Source: Kofleriaceae bacterium
GTDB lineage: Bacteria > Myxococcota_A > Polyangia > Haliangiales > Haliangiaceae
NCBI GenBank assembly: GCA_965215005.1
Contig: CBDCCZ010000001.1
Coordinates: 160,001-224,000 of the forward strand
Reading direction: 5' to 3'
Length of the DNA stretch: 64,000 nt
A model generated the notes under the pieces. That model was not told where the DNA came from. It ran no database searches and worked only from the letters and a program-made list of their open reading frames with translations. Of the stretch, positions 9,711-18,581 are shown one piece after another (position 1 is the stretch's first letter; each line of letters begins with the position of its first letter). The translations under genes were made by a program, and so were the position numbers.

Positions 9711-9911
9711 ATGCGACCTGCATCTGGAACCTGCAAAACCGTCCGCCAACGCAACGGGTGCTCGATCAAACTCTGCTTCGTCGGCCGCACCCCCACTGGT
9801 TGGTCCTTCATGAAAGGCACCTCCTCCTGCCCATCCCGCGCGCGTCGAACTCGCAAGGCCCTGCCCAAGGCGCGGCGCACTCGCAAACGCATCGTGCGGA
9901 GACGGAGGTAG
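9711..9911 (+). CDS. Small Arg/Lys-rich protein
   Basis: MRPASGTCK...RARRTRKALPKARRTRKRIVRRRR; ends 3 nt before next start. Confidence 0.55.
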   Translation: MRPASGTCKTVRQRNGCSIKLCFVGRTPTGWSFMKGTSSCPSRARRTRKALPKARRTRKRIVRRRR

Positions 9912-9914
9912 CGC

Positions 9915-10622
9915 GTGGAGGAGATTGAGGTCGGCGGACGACCGCAGCGCTCAAGCCGGCGCGCTCGGCGCTCAGGCCAGCGCGTGCGGCGCATTCCTTC
10001 GATCGCCGTTGGCCTTGGCGCTGCGCCCGAGCTGTCCTCCTATGTCAATTCGGCCCTCTTGCCGCGTCCCACGCCGTGCTATCCGTCAACGCGCAATCGG
10101 GCGCTGCCCAAATGCGTCAAGTGGGTCGACATCAGCACGCAAGAAGAGTCGCTCGAGTACGCGCGACGATTCTTTCACGCCGCCGTCGAGCGCGCCAAGC
10201 GGCACGCGCCGGGCAGTCCGTTGTATGCACTGTGGGCCGATGTTGCGCGCCTCTACGCGCTGGCGCACACGATTGCCGACCTGGGCAAAGGACTTCTCGA
10301 CGTCCGTCAAAAGCTCGCCGATGCCGATCAGAAGAGCGCCACAGCCATGGCCATCGAGAAGCGCGGCGGTATCGTTCCTGCTCCGTCTCCCGGGCCGCGA
10401 CGGCCCGATGTGCCGGTGACCGACAGCGAGCCCGCCCCGCGGCCGCGCGCTCCGTATCCGCTGCCGCCGGTGGAGATCGAGGTAGCGCGCCAAGCGGGCA
10501 TCCATCCGCTCAGCATCGCGGCGGCCGCCGTGGGCGCGGGCCTTCTTGCCTACTGGACGACCCGGCGCGCGCCAGCCGACAACGTCGAGGTCGACGAAGA
10601 GGTGGAGGAAGAGTACTTCTAA
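9915..10622 (+). CDS. Hypothetical protein, Pro-rich linker, C-terminal TM and acidic tail
   Basis: GGAGG RBS; IAAAAVGAGLLAYW then EVDEEVEEEYF. Confidence 0.7.
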   Translation: MEEIEVGGRPQRSSRRARRSGQRVRRIPSIAVGLGAAPELSSYVNSALLPRPTPCYPSTRNRALPKCVKWVDISTQEESLEYARRFFHAAVERAKRHAPGSPLYALWADVARLYALAHTIADLGKGLLDVRQKLADADQKSATAMAIEKRGGIVPAPSPGPRRPDVPVTDSEPAPRPRAPYPLPPVEIEVARQAGIHPLSIAAAAVGAGLLAYWTTRRAPADNVEVDEEVEEEYF

Positions 10623-10681
10623 GTCGTTCGCATTAACGTCGAATCCGAGCCCACCAATATTCTGTCGCCTACGGTGCGGCG

Positions 10682-11563
10682 GTGACCAACCTCCGCGACG
10701 ACTTTCTGCGCACCCTTGCGCAGCTGCGGCGGTCCGACAAGACCATCGAGGCGTATCACTTCGGCGTCACCCGCTTCCTTGCCTTTCTCACGTCGAAAGG
10801 CTGGACGCTCGAGACAGCGCCAAGAACGGCGCTGGCGGACTTCGCGGCTCGTTTATCCGGCAAGGATGGCCTGGCGCCGGCGTCGGTGCGACTCTACGTC
10901 ACCAGCGCCTCGCGATTTCTCCTTTGGGCGCGGCAGCATGGCCATGCGATCACGGAGCAGGTTACGCCGGCGCTGCCGAGTCTGCGTCGCCCGCTGCCGA
11001 TGGTGCTCAAAGAGAAGACCTTGGCAGCCTACATTCGCGTCGCCAAGACCGTGCCGGAGCCGTATCGCACCGCGCTGCTGGTTCTTCCCATGTGCGGCCT
11101 GCGCGTGAGCGAGCTGTGCAAGCTGCAGCTTAGCGACATCGACGTCTCTCCACCGTGGATCCGACTGCGCGTCGACGGCAAAGGCGGCAAGGAGCGTATC
11201 GTTCCCGTCCTTCGCGAAGGGGCGCCGCTCCTGGGCCGGTATCTCACGCAAGTGCGCCCGGGCCTGCCCGGCGACACCTACTTGTTCCCCGCACGCGACA
11301 ATCGCCCCATCACCGCCCGTATGCTGCAAAAGCATATGCGGCAGGTGCGCGCCCAGCTCGGCCTCACCACGCTCACACCGCACAAGCTGCGCCACACCTA
11401 TCTGACGGTGCTCAACGAGCATGGGATCACCGGCTTTGACCTCGCGGCCATCGCTGGACATTCCGGTCTTTCGACCACGCAAATCTACGTTCACCCGAGC
11501 ATCGAGCGCCTGAGCCAACGCGTCGGCGATATCGAGACCCGTTGGACCGAGGAATCGTCATGA
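10682..11563 (+). CDS. XerC/D-like tyrosine recombinase
   Basis: Complete catalytic set: GLRVSE, GKGGKER, HKLRH, AGH, TQIY. Confidence 0.92.
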   Translation: MTNLRDDFLRTLAQLRRSDKTIEAYHFGVTRFLAFLTSKGWTLETAPRTALADFAARLSGKDGLAPASVRLYVTSASRFLLWARQHGHAITEQVTPALPSLRRPLPMVLKEKTLAAYIRVAKTVPEPYRTALLVLPMCGLRVSELCKLQLSDIDVSPPWIRLRVDGKGGKERIVPVLREGAPLLGRYLTQVRPGLPGDTYLFPARDNRPITARMLQKHMRQVRAQLGLTTLTPHKLRHTYLTVLNEHGITGFDLAAIAGHSGLSTTQIYVHPSIERLSQRVGDIETRWTEESS

Positions 11564-13167
11564 GCCAAGTTGCCGACAAAGCCGCCGAGATTCGCGAGGT
11601 CATGGAGCTTGGCGAAGCGCCCGCTATGGAAGAAGTCGAAGCCGCGCCGCCACCTCGGCCCAGGTTGGCTTCTGTGGAAGAGTCGGATGAAACGCCAATT
11701 GACGATGCGGCCAAGCCACATCCTCAGCCTGGAGCGCGAACGCTGAAGCGTCCCACGCCGCGGCCAACGCAGCGAAGCTCAAAGCTTGGGCGATTCTTGC
11801 CCGATGGGGAGCGAGTCAAGGTTTGGAAGCGAGACCTCGGCCAGCGCCGCTACGTGCGCCATTACACCATGCCCGACTTGGCGCATGCGCAGGACATCGA
11901 GACGTTTCTGCAGACGTATGTCGTGCCGGCGTTTGGCGAAGGCGAGTACGACATTGAGGTTATCGGCAGCGACGGCTCGATCACGCGCACGCTCACGCTC
12001 TCGGTTCTCGACCCGCACAAGGCAGCCCCCGTGGCGGCCGGTGGCGTTGGCGCATCGCCCCTCATCGAGCGCTTGCTCGACCGCATCGAGGCATTGGAAC
12101 GCGAGAGCCGCAAGCCTGCCAAGACGATGCTCGAGCAGATTCAAGAGGTCTCGCAGATTCAGCAACTGATGGGCGGCGATGACGACAAGCCCCGCGCTGA
12201 GCTCGGCACCATCGCCACGCTGATGATGGCGATGCAGCAGCAACCGGCGCCGATCACTGGGGAGCTTGCAGAGCTCAAAGCGCAGCTGCGCGAGCTGAGT
12301 CGGCCGGCGCCTGCCAGTTTGCCCGAGCTGCCGAGTGCGCCACCGCCGGCGGTGGATATCGCCGCGCTGCTTCGCGAGCTAGCCGCGATCACCAAGCCAG
12401 CCGTCGATCCGCACGAGCTCGTCGAGCGCATGAAGCAAGACCGCACGCAGATGATGCAGGTTGCGATGCAGCTCGTGCCCATCGTCGAGCGGATGCTCGG
12501 CAATCGCAGCGAAGAAGTGGAACGGATGCGCTCGCAGCAGATGCAGCTCCTGCAAGAGCAGCTGCGCGAAGCCAAGGCCACTCCTGCGCGAGGTCTGCGC
12601 GAGACGCTCGAGGAGATGGCCGTGCTACGGCAGTTCATGGGACCCGCGCGAAGCGCCGGGGCCTCTCAAGAAAGCTTCTGGAGCTTTCTGAGCAAAGTCG
12701 TCGACCAGTTCCCAGCGACCATGGAGTCGCTCAGCGGCGTGGTCGAGAAGATTCGCCAGGAGCAGCAGCCCACGCCCGCCCTCAAAGCGCGGCCCGCTCC
12801 CACCCCGAAGCCAAGGCCAACAGCTCCATCGTCAAAGGCGACGCAGCCACCACCAAAGCCGACCATCAATCAACTTGCCAGCCATCTCGCCGCCATCGAG
12901 ACCGCGCCTGATGACGCAAGCCTCGTCGAGGCGACGCTCAAGGCATTCCACGTCCTCGGCCAGTCCGAGCCATGGCGTGCGCACCTCGTCAAAGCCATGA
13001 CCGTCGCCAAGCAAGGCAACCGCGACGAGGCGCTGCGATGGATCCGCGGCTTCCTCGACGGCCTCGTCGACGCAAAGCGGCTTTCCGCAGAGGCTCGCGA
13101 CCGCGCCGCCAAGGCATTCGAGACCCACATCGACAAGGTCATCGACGCACTCAAGGACAAACGATGA
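11560..13167 (+). CDS. Large Pro-rich/coiled-coil hypothetical protein
   Basis: ATGA overlaps on both sides; helical Met/Gln/Glu-rich core. Confidence 0.75.
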   Translation: MSQVADKAAEIREVMELGEAPAMEEVEAAPPPRPRLASVEESDETPIDDAAKPHPQPGARTLKRPTPRPTQRSSKLGRFLPDGERVKVWKRDLGQRRYVRHYTMPDLAHAQDIETFLQTYVVPAFGEGEYDIEVIGSDGSITRTLTLSVLDPHKAAPVAAGGVGASPLIERLLDRIEALERESRKPAKTMLEQIQEVSQIQQLMGGDDDKPRAELGTIATLMMAMQQQPAPITGELAELKAQLRELSRPAPASLPELPSAPPPAVDIAALLRELAAITKPAVDPHELVERMKQDRTQMMQVAMQLVPIVERMLGNRSEEVERMRSQQMQLLQEQLREAKATPARGLRETLEEMAVLRQFMGPARSAGASQESFWSFLSKVVDQFPATMESLSGVVEKIRQEQQPTPALKARPAPTPKPRPTAPSSKATQPPPKPTINQLASHLAAIETAPDDASLVEATLKAFHVLGQSEPWRAHLVKAMTVAKQGNRDEALRWIRGFLDGLVDAKRLSAEARDRAAKAFETHIDKVIDALKDKR

Positions 13168-13805
13168 ACGTCACCAACCTCATCATGGGAATCGGCTCCA
13201 TGGTCGCCGGCGGCAAGGCACTGAAGAACGCCTTTGAGAGCTCCTCCTCGACCGCGATCGAAGACGTCGGCGAAGTGACACACCACAACGCCTCAAGCCT
13301 AGAAGCGCGTATCCGCATCCTCATCGACCTGATTCGGAAAGGCCGCGAGCATCCCGCCATTCGCGCTAAGACCGCGCAGATTCTGAGCCGAAAGTGCGCT
13401 GATCCAAAGACCGGCCACAAGACCTGGTGCATCGGCGAGCGCGACTGGGAAGGGGAGGTCCGCGCCATCTTCGCTCTCGTTCGCGATCAAGTCCGCTACA
13501 CCCGCGACACCTACGGCGCCGAGCTCTACCAGTCACCAAACCGCATCCTACAGTTCGGCATCGGTGATTGCGACGATGGCGTCGTGGTCCTCGCCTCCAT
13601 GCTGCAATCGGTCGGCTACCCCGTGAAGCTTCGCGTCACGCGCAGCAAGGGCGCATCCGACTGGGACCACATCTACCTGCTCGTCGCCGTGCCTCCGCGG
13701 AAGTCCGCTCGTTGGGTCGCGCTCGACCCGAGCATGAACAAGCCGCCCGGCTGGCAGGTCCCGTCGCATGCCATTTCTGCCAAACGCGACTTTCTCGTCA
13801 CGTAA
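13164..13805 (+). CDS. Transglutaminase-like cysteine protease
   Basis: Cys-His-Asp triad in GDCDD, DHIY, VALDP; preceded by VRYTRD...ELYQSP. Confidence 0.85.
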   Translation: MNVTNLIMGIGSMVAGGKALKNAFESSSSTAIEDVGEVTHHNASSLEARIRILIDLIRKGREHPAIRAKTAQILSRKCADPKTGHKTWCIGERDWEGEVRAIFALVRDQVRYTRDTYGAELYQSPNRILQFGIGDCDDGVVVLASMLQSVGYPVKLRVTRSKGASDWDHIYLLVAVPPRKSARWVALDPSMNKPPGWQVPSHAISAKRDFLVT

Positions 13806-13938
13806 CGAGCCAGAACGAGCTCTTCAAGTTCCTGCAGGGTCGGCGCTACGGCCTCGATGGTGTCAAAGGGTGGTTTTCGCGATCAGGTGCACCACGTGAG
13901 GCGGAGGAGTCTCCGCGAGCTGCTCCGATCGCGCGGCG

Positions 13939-14619
13939 TCATGTGTTCAGAGACCGCTTGAGCACTACGTGCATCGCCGCTTCCGATGTGGCGTGTTCCT
14001 GCACCTGGTAGCCGAGCGCGAGTAGGTCCAGTCCATTCAGGAGATGTTCGCCCGAGCCAAGCACGACTGGCGAGATCGCCAGATGCATCTCGTCGACGAG
14101 CCGAGCGCGGAGGTACTGCCGAATCGTCTCAACGCCGCCCCCGAGGCGCACGTCCTTCGGTCCAGCAGCTTCCTTCGCACGCCTTAGCGCCTGCTCGATA
14201 CCCTCCGTGACGAAGTGGAACGTCGTGCCGCCTTCCATTTCGATGGATTCCCGATGGTGGTGGGTGAGGACGAAGATGGGCGTGTGGTAGGGCGGATTGT
14301 TCCCCCACCACCCCTTCCACGCGTCGTCGGGCCACGGGCCGCGGATGGGGCCGAACATGTTGCGGCCGAGGATCCACGCGCCGATGTTCTCCATGCCGCG
14401 CCGGGCGAAGTCGTCGTCGACTCCGGTGGTGCCTTCCGTCTGCATTCCCCGGGCCGCCGGGGCATCCTTGAGCTGCAACAAGTTGAACGTGCGGGTGGGA
14501 ACGAACCACTTGTGGAGATTTTCGCCCCCGACACCGAGCGGATTGTCTCGGTCCTGGCCGAGGCCTGCGCCATATCCATCTACGGAAATCGTGAAGCACT
14601 GCACCCGCAGCTTGCCCAT
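13939..14619 (-). CDS. Dihydrofolate reductase / RibD C-terminal family protein
   Basis: ISVDGYGAG, ILGRNMF, IFVLTHH, VRLGGG, LVDEMHLAISPVVLGSG. Confidence 0.9.
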   Translation of the reverse strand: MGKLRVQCFTISVDGYGAGLGQDRDNPLGVGGENLHKWFVPTRTFNLLQLKDAPAARGMQTEGTTGVDDDFARRGMENIGAWILGRNMFGPIRGPWPDDAWKGWWGNNPPYHTPIFVLTHHHRESIEMEGGTTFHFVTEGIEQALRRAKEAAGPKDVRLGGGVETIRQYLRARLVDEMHLAISPVVLGSGEHLLNGLDLLALGYQVQEHATSEAAMHVVLKRSLNT

Positions 14620-14895
14620 GACGTTCTTCTAACACGGGCGGGCACGGCACATGAAGTATCCCCACCCGCAGATCGTCGAGTGCCTCCTGCACGTACCCAC
14701 CGACTTGGGGAAGCAGCAGCCGCTGCATACCAGCAGATGCGCCGGCAGCTCGGCGATCACGGTGTGACAGCTCTGACCGATGACATCCAGCGATGCGTGC
14801 AGCTTGCTCGCCGCTTCGGGCACCGCGACTAACGACGCATTAACCAGCGTTCCGTGCCGCTCCCTGCTCGAGCTGATAGCTCTAAACCATTGACC

Positions 14896-15051
14896 ATGAA
14901 GACCCGCCGATGCAGTGCTTTCAAGAAGGTCTACTCGCCCGCCTTTGGCAAATACGTCAAACGCTGCCGCAGCTTCACACGGCGCGTGAAACCGACCGGG
15001 CGGCGTGTGTCCCGATGGACGCGGGCACGCCGCTTCGCTAGGCGAGGCTGA
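14896..15051 (+). CDS. Small Arg-rich protein
   Basis: MKTRRCSAFKKVYSPAFGKYVKRCRSFTRR...; alternative in-frame TTG at 14890; next ATG 9 nt after stop. Confidence 0.55.
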   Translation: MKTRRCSAFKKVYSPAFGKYVKRCRSFTRRVKPTGRRVSRWTRARRFARRG

Positions 15052-15060
15052 GGACAAGCT

Positions 15061-15633
15061 ATGACCCGTGTACTCACTCTCGAAGGATTGCGCCGCATGA
15101 GACCTCTTCCCGTGGATTCCTATGATGCACTTGCCGGTCTCGATGGCGTTGTCGATCCGGAGGCCCTGCGCGCCGCTCTACCGAGCGCCCTCGGCGGATT
15201 TGGCAGTGGCGCCATCATGCACTTGGCTCATCAGGTGGAGCAGGTGCAGCGCTTGGTCGACACGCCAGTCAAACGCATGGTCGCTGCCGGCGGCCTTGGC
15301 ATCCTCGGGGGCCTTGGAATTTGGCGATTGGACCGCGACGCGGCCATGGGCTGGGTTGGCGGCATGAGCGCGCAACTGGCCAGTGAGCTAATTGCGCTGG
15401 TGATGCGCAAGCCAGGTGGCACCGCGGGCCTTGGCGCCTACCCGGATGAAGACGAGCTCGACGCCGAAGCGGCATTGATGGGCTCCTCGTATCTGGGCGC
15501 GCTTCCAGAAGAGCAAGAGCTTCTTGGCCTTGGCGATCCAGCCGTGGAGCGCCAGACGCCAACAGGCTTCGCCGATGCAGAGATCGAAGTCGACGAAGAG
15601 CTCGATACTTCCCTGGCTGGCTTTCTCACCTAA
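15061..15633 (+). CDS. Membrane protein with Gly-rich TM segments and acidic tail
   Basis: GAGGA RBS; AAGGLGILGGLGIW and AAMGWVGGMSA. Confidence 0.7.
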   Translation: MTRVLTLEGLRRMRPLPVDSYDALAGLDGVVDPEALRAALPSALGGFGSGAIMHLAHQVEQVQRLVDTPVKRMVAAGGLGILGGLGIWRLDRDAAMGWVGGMSAQLASELIALVMRKPGGTAGLGAYPDEDELDAEAALMGSSYLGALPEEQELLGLGDPAVERQTPTGFADAEIEVDEELDTSLAGFLT

Positions 15634-15650
15634 CCCGCCTTCTCGTTTTT

Positions 15651-15716
15651 GGCGGCCAGCGAGGCACCCTCAACCACCGCGAGGCTTCCTCGCAACCACT
15701 CACCTCGCTGGCCGCC
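15651..15716 (+). promoter_or_regulatory. Nested hairpin upstream of the candidate capsid gene
   Basis: Perfect 14-bp IR GGCGGCCAGCGAGG (15651-64) / CCTCGCTGGCCGCC (15703-16) enclosing GCGAGG-CTT-CCTCGC. Confidence 0.6.
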
Positions 15717-15761
15717 GCCATTTCCCCTCCGCAAGACGCCGCAGAGGCGCACCCGAGCCCC

Positions 15762-16442
15762 ATGAGCACGCAAACCCTCGTTCCCGTCAAAGGCGAGCCC
15801 GGCGTCTTCTTCAATAAGCTAACTGGCAAGAAGATCCACATTGTTGATTGGCGCGAAGATGACAAGTACGACACCGTCTTCTTGCCGCCTGGCCCGATTC
15901 AGCCGGGCACGTCGCTGTACTTCTTCCGCGACTTGCAAGGCAAGAACCTCATCGACACCAACTTCTCCGCCCCGCGCAAGCTGCCAGCGGGCGAGGAGAT
16001 GATTCTCAACCGCATCGGCGTGCAGATTCCGCTCGCCATCGGCAACGTCCTGATGACGCCGGGCGATATCAAGAAGGTCGCTGAGAACGGCTATCTCGCC
16101 TTCCGCATCAACCGCAAAGACGTGGCCGAAGGGCCGCTGTTGCGCTTTCCGAGCGGGTATGGGCTCTCTGGCTCCACCAACGTCGATAACGACGGCACCT
16201 TGTCGATTGGCGTTCCGTCGACCGCCGCCGCCGCCAAGCTCGCGCGCGACCAGTACGTCAACTCCGACCACGACATGGACGGCGTCGTGACCTACTACGA
16301 TCGCGCTTGGATGCGTGGCCTGCAGGGTATGGGTGATCCCAATGACGACGTCGGCATCGCGCCATTCCCGCCGGTGCTCGAGCGCGGCGTCGCCATTCGA
16401 CTCGTCCTCCACGGTCTCATCAAAGCAGCTGCGACCAAATGA
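15762..16442 (+). CDS. Beta-rich protein, candidate single jelly-roll major capsid protein
   Basis: YDTV...LYFF...GKNLIDTNF...KLP...RIGVQ pattern, terminal strand IRLVLHG; ORF secure, function inferred. Confidence 0.55.
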   Translation: MSTQTLVPVKGEPGVFFNKLTGKKIHIVDWREDDKYDTVFLPPGPIQPGTSLYFFRDLQGKNLIDTNFSAPRKLPAGEEMILNRIGVQIPLAIGNVLMTPGDIKKVAENGYLAFRINRKDVAEGPLLRFPSGYGLSGSTNVDNDGTLSIGVPSTAAAAKLARDQYVNSDHDMDGVVTYYDRAWMRGLQGMGDPNDDVGIAPFPPVLERGVAIRLVLHGLIKAAATK

Positions 16443-16909
16443 TGCGTGCAATCACAGGCGGGCCGCTCATGGCGCATTCGCGCGATGTGCTGGCCTTGCC
16501 ACCGGAGCTCATGCGCATCGATCTGGTGAGCTTCGCCTTCGACATCGGCCCTCGTGGCCAAGTCACAGGCGACACCCAAGCAAGCCTGCATGCCGACTTT
16601 GCCGCGGAGCTCTATGCGATCTCGGCCTTCGCAGAAGATCCGACAGCAGACCTGCCGCTGGCGCCATTTGTAACCATCAACCTGCGCGAAGATGGCCGCA
16701 ACTTCGATCACTTCACCACGCCCATCGAGCTTGCGTACTTTCTTCGACCAGGCGCTCCGGCAGTCACCTTCCCCCGCGGCGCCTACGTCTTCCGTCCAGG
16801 CGCCCGCGTGCGCCTCGGCGTGCGGGTCCATCCTGAGTACATCGCGCGCACGAGTGTCCCCAAACGCTGGGGTGTGCTCTTGGCTCTCAACCTTTGGCGA
16901 AGTGAGTAG
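16439..16909 (+). CDS. Beta-rich protein, candidate minor/vertex jelly-roll protein
   Basis: LHADF...VTINLRE...TPIEL...TFPRGAYVFRPGARVRLGVRV; coupled to previous gene. Confidence 0.5.
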   Translation: MMRAITGGPLMAHSRDVLALPPELMRIDLVSFAFDIGPRGQVTGDTQASLHADFAAELYAISAFAEDPTADLPLAPFVTINLREDGRNFDHFTTPIELAYFLRPGAPAVTFPRGAYVFRPGARVRLGVRVHPEYIARTSVPKRWGVLLALNLWRSE

Positions 16910-16911
16910 TC

Positions 16912-18279
16912 ATGCAAGTCATCGAGCTCGACTCGGAAGTAAGCCCGCCGGCGTTTGGTCTATCTGGCGATGAGCGCCTGGTATTCGAAGGTGGTCCAGT
17001 CCCCGTTCTCGAAGACGCCATGCTCGGTGACGCCAGCGATGCCGCCGCCGAAGAAGGCGACGCAGCGCAATCTACAAACATCGATCGACGCCGACGCCTC
17101 GAGCAGATCGTCAACCGTCGACGCCGCGCCATCGCCTCCGCCCGTGCCGAGCGCAAGGTGCTAGAAGCCCGCATCGCTGGCCTCGACCGACAGATCGTCT
17201 CCGAGCTGCGTCCCGCGCTCGAGCGCGCCAAGCGCCAAGGCAACCGCGACAAGATGCGCCGTCTCGACGACCGCATCCACCGCCTCGACCTCAACCGCGG
17301 CATCGTCGCCGCACGCGCCATTCGCTACGCCAAGACCGAGGGCCTCGGGCAAGTCCTCATCCGCAATGCCAGAACCCAACAGCAACTCCTAACGCTCATC
17401 CAACAAGCGCAGCGCACAGGCAAGACCAGTGCCGCGTCTACACTGCAGCGCGCCTTCAATCAGATCGCCGGCAAGACGCAACGCTACAAACGCCTCCGTC
17501 GCCACCAAGTGCACGATTGGAGAGAGAAGACCGCCGGATCACGCATCGCACTTGCGCGTATGCTGCGCGAGCAAGCTCAAGAGCGCCTCGCCCGCCTGGA
17601 AGATGCTGCCGGCCGCGGCAGCATCGGTCAACGCATCACTCGTCAAGCCGCCGAGCATCGCGTGCTCGTTACCAAGCTCAAAGCTGCCGAAGAGCGCGAA
17701 CGAAGTCGCCTACAGCACCTCGCTGTTCGAGATGCCCAAGGCATGGCATCCATGCCGTTCTCCGAAGCCACCGCCTTGGCCGCTACCATGGAGCTCGAAG
17801 GCTTCGAAGGCATCTGGTCAAGCATCAAGCGCTACGCCAAGAAGACCGGCGGCGCCATCACCGCCCCCGGCCGCGCCGTCGGCGGCGCCGTCAAAGACGC
17901 CGTCCGCCAAGTCGGCTCCGCCGCCAAACGCCTCGCCAAAGGCGCCGCCTGCGCCGCTGCATCCAACCCCGCCGTCCTCGCCGCCGCCGGAAGCGCCGCC
18001 GGCACCGTTCTCGGCGGCCCCGCCGGAACCATCGCCGGCGGCCTCGCCGCAAAAGCCGCCGGCGGCCTCCTCTCCGCCGCCTGTCCCCAACGATCAAACG
18101 CACCCGGTCCTCAACCGACATCCGGCACTGCCGCCATGCCCGTCTCTATGCAAACCGCGGCTTCAGGCATGCTCCAACCGCAGCCGCGCTCGATGACGCC
18201 CATCCTCATCGGCGGCGGCCTCGCCACCGCCGGCATCCTCGCCGCCGTCGCCCTCAGCGCAAACCGACAAGACTCCTAG
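16912..18279 (+). CDS. Basic coiled-coil protein with Gly/Ala-rich region and C-terminal TM
   Basis: Arg-rich helices, GIWSSIKRYAKK amphipathic segment, ILIGGGLATAGILAAVAL. Confidence 0.75.
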   Translation: MQVIELDSEVSPPAFGLSGDERLVFEGGPVPVLEDAMLGDASDAAAEEGDAAQSTNIDRRRRLEQIVNRRRRAIASARAERKVLEARIAGLDRQIVSELRPALERAKRQGNRDKMRRLDDRIHRLDLNRGIVAARAIRYAKTEGLGQVLIRNARTQQQLLTLIQQAQRTGKTSAASTLQRAFNQIAGKTQRYKRLRRHQVHDWREKTAGSRIALARMLREQAQERLARLEDAAGRGSIGQRITRQAAEHRVLVTKLKAAEERERSRLQHLAVRDAQGMASMPFSEATALAATMELEGFEGIWSSIKRYAKKTGGAITAPGRAVGGAVKDAVRQVGSAAKRLAKGAACAAASNPAVLAAAGSAAGTVLGGPAGTIAGGLAAKAAGGLLSAACPQRSNAPGPQPTSGTAAMPVSMQTAASGMLQPQPRSMTPILIGGGLATAGILAAVALSANRQDS

Positions 18280-18284
18280 CCCCA

Positions 18285-18581
18285 ATGACTCCAACCACCG
18301 ACCCCGACCTCATCCCCTACGTGCGCAAGCTCGAGCTCCTCCTGAGCCGCCCCGTCTGGAGCTGCCCCTCACTCCGCCGTCGGTTCCACGAACTCGACAC
18401 CGAGCTCCAAGGCTCCCTCACCAGAGCCCTCGCAACCCTCCTCCGCGACCAAGACATCGTCCGCTACGGCGCCCGCCTCATACCCATCAGCGGAGCCAAC
18501 GCCTCAACTCCGCCCGCAGCATCACCACAGGCCGGTGACTCATCAGCCGCTCCAAAAGCGAGCTGGCAGAGCTGGGGCTGA
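18285..18581 (+). CDS. Small hypothetical protein
   Basis: ATG 5 nt after previous stop; same C-rich codon usage. Confidence 0.55.
   Translation: MTPTTDPDLIPYVRKLELLLSRPVWSCPSLRRRFHELDTELQGSLTRALATLLRDQDIVRYGARLIPISGANASTPPAASPQAGDSSAAPKASWQSWG

Noticed and set aside
10622..10681. dif-like site upstream of the Xer-like gene
   Set aside because: Only a weak half-site resemblance; no second arm.
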